Below, one piece after another: positions 58,701 through 64,000 of a stretch of DNA of 64,000 nucleotides (positions are counted from its first letter, which is position 1; the number at the start of each line of letters is the position of its first letter). Source of the stretch: the human T2T-CHM13v2.0 reference genome, Homo sapiens; assembly GCF_009914755.1 (NCBI RefSeq), contig NC_060928.1; one strand, 5' to 3'. Position numbers and translations under genes: made by a program. The notes below the pieces were generated by a model that was given only the letters and a program-made list of their open reading frames with translations, did no database searches and had not been told where the DNA came from.

Positions 58701-61700
58701 CAAGACAGATGCATTCTCAGAAACTTCTCTGTGATGTTTGCATTCCACTCATAGAGTTGAAAACTTCCTTTCATAGAGCAGGTTTGAAACACTCTTTTTG
58801 TAATATTTGGAAGTGGACATTTGCAGCGCTTTGAGGCCTATGGTGAAAAAAGAAATATCTTCTCATAAAAACCAGAAACGAGCATTCTCAGAAACTTCTT
58901 TTTGATGTGTGTACTCAAGTAACAGAGTTGAACCTTCCTATTGACACAGCAGTTTTGAAACAATCTTTTTGTAGAATCTGCAAGTGGATATTTGGATAGC
59001 TTTGAGGAGTTCGTTGGAAACGGGATATCTTCATATAAAATCCAGACAGGAGCATTCTCAGAAACTTCTTTGTGCTGTATGTGCTCAATTAACAGAGTTG
59101 AACCATTGCTTGGACACAACATTTTGGAAACATTCCTTTAGTAGAATCTGCAAGTTGATATTTAGATAGCTTTGAAGATTTCGTTGGAAACGGGAATATC
59201 TTCATATAAAATCTAGACGGAAGCATTCTCAGAAACTGCTTTGTGATGTTTGCATTCAAGTCACAGTGTTGAATATTCGCTTTTATAGAGCAGGTTTGAA
59301 ACACTCTTTCCGGACTTCCTGGAAGTGGACATTTCGAGCGCTTTGAGGCCTATTGTGAAAAAGGAAATATCTTCCCATAAAAACTAGACGGAAGCCTTCT
59401 CAGAAACTTGTTTGAGATGTGTGTATTCAACTAGGAGAGTTGAACATTTCTTTTTACAGAGCAGTTTTAAAACATTCTTTTTGTGGAATCTGAAAGTGGA
59501 AGTTTGGATAGCTTTGAGGATTTTGTTGGTAGGGGGATGACATATAAAATCTGGAGAGAAGCATTCTCAGGAACTTCTTTGTGATGTTTGCATTCAAGTC
59601 ACAGAATTGAACATTCCCTTTCATAGAGCAGGTTTGAAACACTCTTTCTCTAGTATCTGGAAGTGGACATTTCAAGCGCTTTCAGGCCTATGGAGAGAAA
59701 GGAAATACCTTCAAATAAAAACTAGACAGAAGCATTATCAGAAACTTATTTGTGATGTGTGTCCTCAACTAACAGAGTTGAACCTTTGTTTTGATACAGC
59801 ATTTTGGAAACACTCCTTTTGTAGAATCTGCAGGTGTATATTTGGATAGGTTTGAAGATTTCGTTGGAAACCGGAATATCTTCATATAAAATCAAGACAG
59901 AAGCATTCTCGGAAACATCTCTGTGATGTTTGCATTCAACTCAGTAGAGTTGAACACTTCCTTTCATAGAGCAGGTTTGAAACACTCTTTCTGCACTACC
60001 TGGAAGCGGACATTTCGAGCGCTTTGAGGCCTATGGTGAAAAAGGAAATATCTTCTCCTAAAAACCAGAAAGAAGCATTCTCAGAAACTTCTTTGTGTTG
60101 CGTGTACTCAATAACAGTGTTGAACCTTCCTTTTGACAGAGCAGTTTTGAAACACTCTTTTGGTAGAATCTGCAAGTGGATATCTGGATAGCTTTGAGGA
60201 TTTCGTTGGAAACGGGTTATCTTCATATAAAATCCAGACAGGAGCATTCTCAGAAACTTCTTTGTGTTGTATGTCCTCAATTCACAGAGCTGAACCTTTG
60301 TTTGGATACAGCATTTTGGAAACATTCCTTTAGTAGAATCTGCAAGTTGATATTTAGATAGCGTTGAAGATTTCGTTGGAAACGGGAATATCTTCATAGA
60401 AAATCTAGACGGAAGCATTCTCAGAAACTGCTTTGTGATGTTTGCATTCAAGTCACAGAGTTGAATATTCCCTTTTATAGAGTAGGTTTGAAACACTCTT
60501 TCGGCACTACCTGGAAGTGGATATTTCGAGCTCTTTGATGCCTATGGTTAAAAGGAAATATCTTCCCATAAAAACTAGACAGAAGCCGTCTCAGAAACTT
60601 GTTTGTGATGTGTGTATTCAACTAACAGAGTTGAACATTTCTGTTACAGAGCAATTTTAAAACACTCTTTTTGTGGAATCTGAAAGTGGATAATTGGATA
60701 GCTTTGTGGATTACGTTGGAAACGGGATGACGTATAAAATCTAGAGAGAAGCATTCTCAGGAACTTCTTTCTGATGTTTGCATTCAAGTCACAGAATTGA
60801 ACATTCCTTTTCATAGTGCAGGTTTGAAACACTCTTTCTGTAGTATCTGGAAGTGGACATTTCAAGCGCTTTCAGGCCTATGGGGAGAAAAGAAATATCT
60901 TCAAATAAAAACTAGACAGAAGGATTCTCAGAAACTTATTTGTGATGTGTGTCCTAAACGAACACAGTTGAACCTTTGTTTTGATACAGCATTTTGGAAA
61001 CACTCCTTTTGTAGAATCTGCAGGTGGATATTTGGATAGATTTTAAGATTTCGTTGGAAACGGGAATTTCTTCATAGAAACTCAAGACAGATGCATTCTC
61101 AGAAACTTCTCTGTGATGTTTGCATTCCACTCATAGAGTTGAAAACTTCCTTTCATAGAGCAGGTTTGAAACACTCTTTTTGTAATATTTGGAAGTGGAC
61201 ATTTGCAGCGCTTTGAGGCCTATGGTGAAAAAAGAAATATCTTCTCATAAAAACCAGAAACGAGCATTCTCAGAAACTTCTTTTTGATGTGTGTACTCAA
61301 GTAACAGAGTTGAACCTTCCTATTGACACAGCAGTTTTGAAACAATCTTTTTGTAGAATCTGCAAGTGGATATTTGGATAGCTTTGAGGAGTTCGTTGGA
61401 AACGGGATATCTTCATATAAAATCCAGACAGGAGCATTCTCAGAAACTTCTTTGTGCTGTATGTCCTCAATTAACAGAGTTGAACCATTGCTTGGATACA
61501 ACATTTTGGAAACATTCCTTTAGTAGAATCTGCAAGTTGATATTTAGATAGCTTTGAAGATTTCATTGGAAACGGGAATATCTTCATGTAAAGTCTAGAC
61601 GGAAGCATTCTCAGAAACTGCTTTGTGATGTTTGCATTCAAGTCACAGAGTTGAATATTCGCTTTTATAGAGCAGGTTTGAAACACTCTTTCCGGACTTC

Positions 61701-62285
61701 CTGGAAGTGGACGTTTCGAGCGCTTTGAGGCCTATGGTGAAAAAGGAAATATCTTCCCATAAAAACTAGACGGAAGCCTTCTCAGAAACTTGTTTGAGAT
61801 GTGTGTATTCAACTAGGAGAGTTGAACATTTCTTTTTACAGAGCAGTTTTAAAACACTCTTTTTGTGGAATCTGAAAGTGGAAGTTTGGATAGCTTTGAG
61901 GATTTCGTTGGAAGCGGGATGACATATAAAATCTGGAGAGAAGCATTCTCAGGAACTTCTTTCTGATGTTTGCATTCAAGTCACAGAATTGAACATTCCT
62001 TTTCATAGTGCAGGTTTGAAACACTCTTTCTGTAGTATCTGGAAGTGGACATTTCAAGCGCTTTCAGGCCTATGGAGAGAAAGGAAATACCTTCAAATAA
62101 AAACTAGACAGAAGCATTCTCAGAAACTTATTTGTGATGTGTGTCCTCAACTAACAGAGTTGAACCTTTGTTTTGATACAGCATTTTGGAAACACTCCTT
62201 TTGTAGAATCTGCAGGTGGATATTTGGATAACTTTGAAGATTTCGTTGGAAACCGGAATATCTTCATATAAAATCAAGACAGAAG
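52755..62285 (+). repeat. Four further 14-mer HOR copies (52755-55137, 55138-57520, 57521-59903, 59904-62285)
   Basis: Landmark cattctcggaaacatc at 52755, 55138, 57521, 59904 and 62286 (spacings 2383, 2383, 2383, 2382). Confidence 0.92.
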
Positions 62286-64000
62286 CATTCTCGGAAACAT
62301 CTCTGTGATGTTTGCATTCAACTCAGTAGAGTTGAACACTTCCTTTCATAGAGCAGGTTTGAAACACTCTTTCTGCACTACCTGGAAGCGGACATTTCGA
62401 GCGCTTTGAGGCCTATGGTGAAAAAGGAAATATCTTCTCCTAAAAACCAGAAAGAAGCATTCTCAGAAACTTCTTTGTGTTGCGTGTACTCAAGTAACAG
62501 TGTTGAACCTTCCTTTTGACAGAGCAGTTTTGAAACACTCTTTTGGTAGAATCTGCAAGTGGATATTTGGATAGCTTTGAGGATTTCGTTGGAAACGGGT
62601 TATCTTCATATAAAACCCAGACAGGAGCATTCTCAGAAACTTCTTTCTGCTGTATGTCCTCAATTCACAGAGCTGAACCTTTGTTTGGATACAGCATTTT
62701 GGAAACATTCCTTTAGTAGAATCTGCAAGTTGATATTTAGATAGCGTTGAAGATTTCGTTGGAAACGGGAATATCTTCATAGAAAATCTAGACGGAAGCA
62801 TTCTCAGAAACTGCTTTGTGATGTTTGCATTCAAGTCACAGAGTTGACTATTCCCTTTTATAGAGTAGGTTTGAAACACTCTTTCGGCACTACCTGGAAG
62901 TGGATATTTCGAGCTCTTTGAGGCCTATGGTTAAAAGGAAATATCTTCCCATATATACTAGACGGAAGCCGTCTCAGAAACTTGTTTGTGATGTGTGTAT
63001 TCAACTAACAGAGTTGAACATTTCTGTTACAGAGCAATTTTAAAACACTCTTTTTGTGGAATCTGAAAGTGGATAATTGGATAGCTTTGTGGATTACGTT
63101 GGAAACGGGATTACGTATAAAATCTAGAGAGAAGCATTCTCAGGAACTTCTTTCTGATGTTTGCATTCAAGTCACAGAATTGAACATTCCTTTTCATAGT
63201 GCAGGTTTGAAACACTCTTTCTGTAGTATCTGGAAGTGGACATTTCAAGCGCTTTCAGGCCTATGGGGAGAAAGGAAATATCTTCAAATAAAAACTAGAC
63301 AGAAGGCTTCTCAGAAACTTATTTGTGATGTGTGTCCTAAACGAACACAGTTGAACCTTTGTTTTGATACAGCATTTTGGAAACACTCCTTTTGTAGCAT
63401 CTGCAGGTGGATATTTGGATAGATTTTAAGATTTCGTTGGAAACGGGAATTTCTTCATATAAACTCAAGACAGATGCATTCTCAGAAACTTCTCTGTGAT
63501 GTTTGCATTCCACTCATAGAGTTGAAAACTTCCTTTCATAGAGCAGGTTTGAAACACTCTTTTTGTAATATTTGGAAGTGGACATTTGCAGCGCTTTGAG
63601 GCCTATGGTGAAAAAAGAAATATCTTCTCATAAAAACCAGAAACGAGCATTCTCAGAAACTTCTTTTTGATGTGTGTACTCAAGTAACAGAGTTGAACCT
63701 TCCTATTGACACAGCAGTTTTGAAACAATCTTTTTGTAGAATCTGCAAGTGGATATTTGGATAGCTTTGAGGAGTTCGTTGGAAACGGGATATCTTCATA
63801 TAAAATCCAGACAGGAGCATTCTCAGAAACTTCTTTGTGCTGTATGTGCTCAATTAACAGAGTTGAACCATTGCTTGGACACAACATTTTGGAAACATTC
63901 CTTTAGTAGAATCTGCAAGTTGATATTTAGATAGCTTTGAAGATTTCGTTGGAAACGGGAATATCTTCATATAAAATCTAGACGGAAGCATTCTCAGAAA
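62286..64000 (+). repeat. Partial HOR copy truncated by the window end; matches the copy starting at 57521 (offset 4765)
   Basis: Shares private variants aaaacccagac, cttctttctgctg, gagttgactattc and catatatactagacgg with the copy 4765 bp upstream. Confidence 0.9.

Larger units (their letters stand above)
43155..64000 (+). repeat. Alpha satellite (ALR) centromeric array, about 171-bp monomers in forward orientation, SF2-like (resembles the chr4 D4Z1 / chr9 D9Z4 group)
   Basis: Monomers start cattctcagaaact at about 170-171-bp spacing (43225, 43395, 43566, 43737, ...). They contain agagttgaac and gaaacactc, plus either a CENP-B box (ttcgttggaaacggga) or an A-type/pJ-alpha box (ggcctatggtgaaaaaggaaat). 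Alpha satellite identity is certain. The family assignment is from recalled monomer signatures and is less certain. Confidence 0.97.

Noticed and set aside
43320-63934. Recurrent 60-180 aa ORFs in the alpha array (MDIWIALR..., MNIPFHRAGLKHSF...)
   Set aside because: These are translations of alpha-satellite monomers repeating at the HOR period. Used only as positional landmarks.
1-64000. Inversions or Alu/L1/ERV insertions within either array
   Set aside because: I saw no strand switch, poly-A tail, target-site duplication or non-satellite stretch on reading through. A very short insertion could have been missed by eye.
43155-64000. Firm assignment to human chr4 D4Z1
   Set aside because: Monomer signatures and HSat1A adjacency suggest it, but the 14-mer period differs from the canonical 19-mer, and species and chromosome cannot be fixed without a database search.

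Overview
The window is entirely primate (human or great-ape type) centromeric satellite DNA. I see no genes, RNA genes, transposons or CRISPR arrays. Positions 1 to about 43154 are one uninterrupted, single-orientation array of the AT-rich 42-bp satellite HSat1A (satellite I/SAR; consensus ttgggtactttgatattttatgtacagtatataatacatact). It is punctuated by recurring short-monomer cassettes and contains several internal block duplications. At 43154/43155 the sequence switches abruptly, mid-monomer, to about 171-bp alpha satellite, which runs to the end of the window. The alpha array starts with a divergent edge block of about 1.26 kb, then a homogeneous 2383-bp 14-monomer higher-order repeat (HOR) built from two related 7-mers and rich in CENP-B boxes. 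It includes a 21-mer variant, a roughly 3.9-kb dispersed duplication and an emerging 4765-bp (28-mer) period. The monomers look like suprachromosomal family 2 of the chr4/chr9 group; this is from recall, not a search. All listed ORFs are artefacts of the repeats. I found no new gene system. The noteworthy signals concern satellite architecture and evolution.
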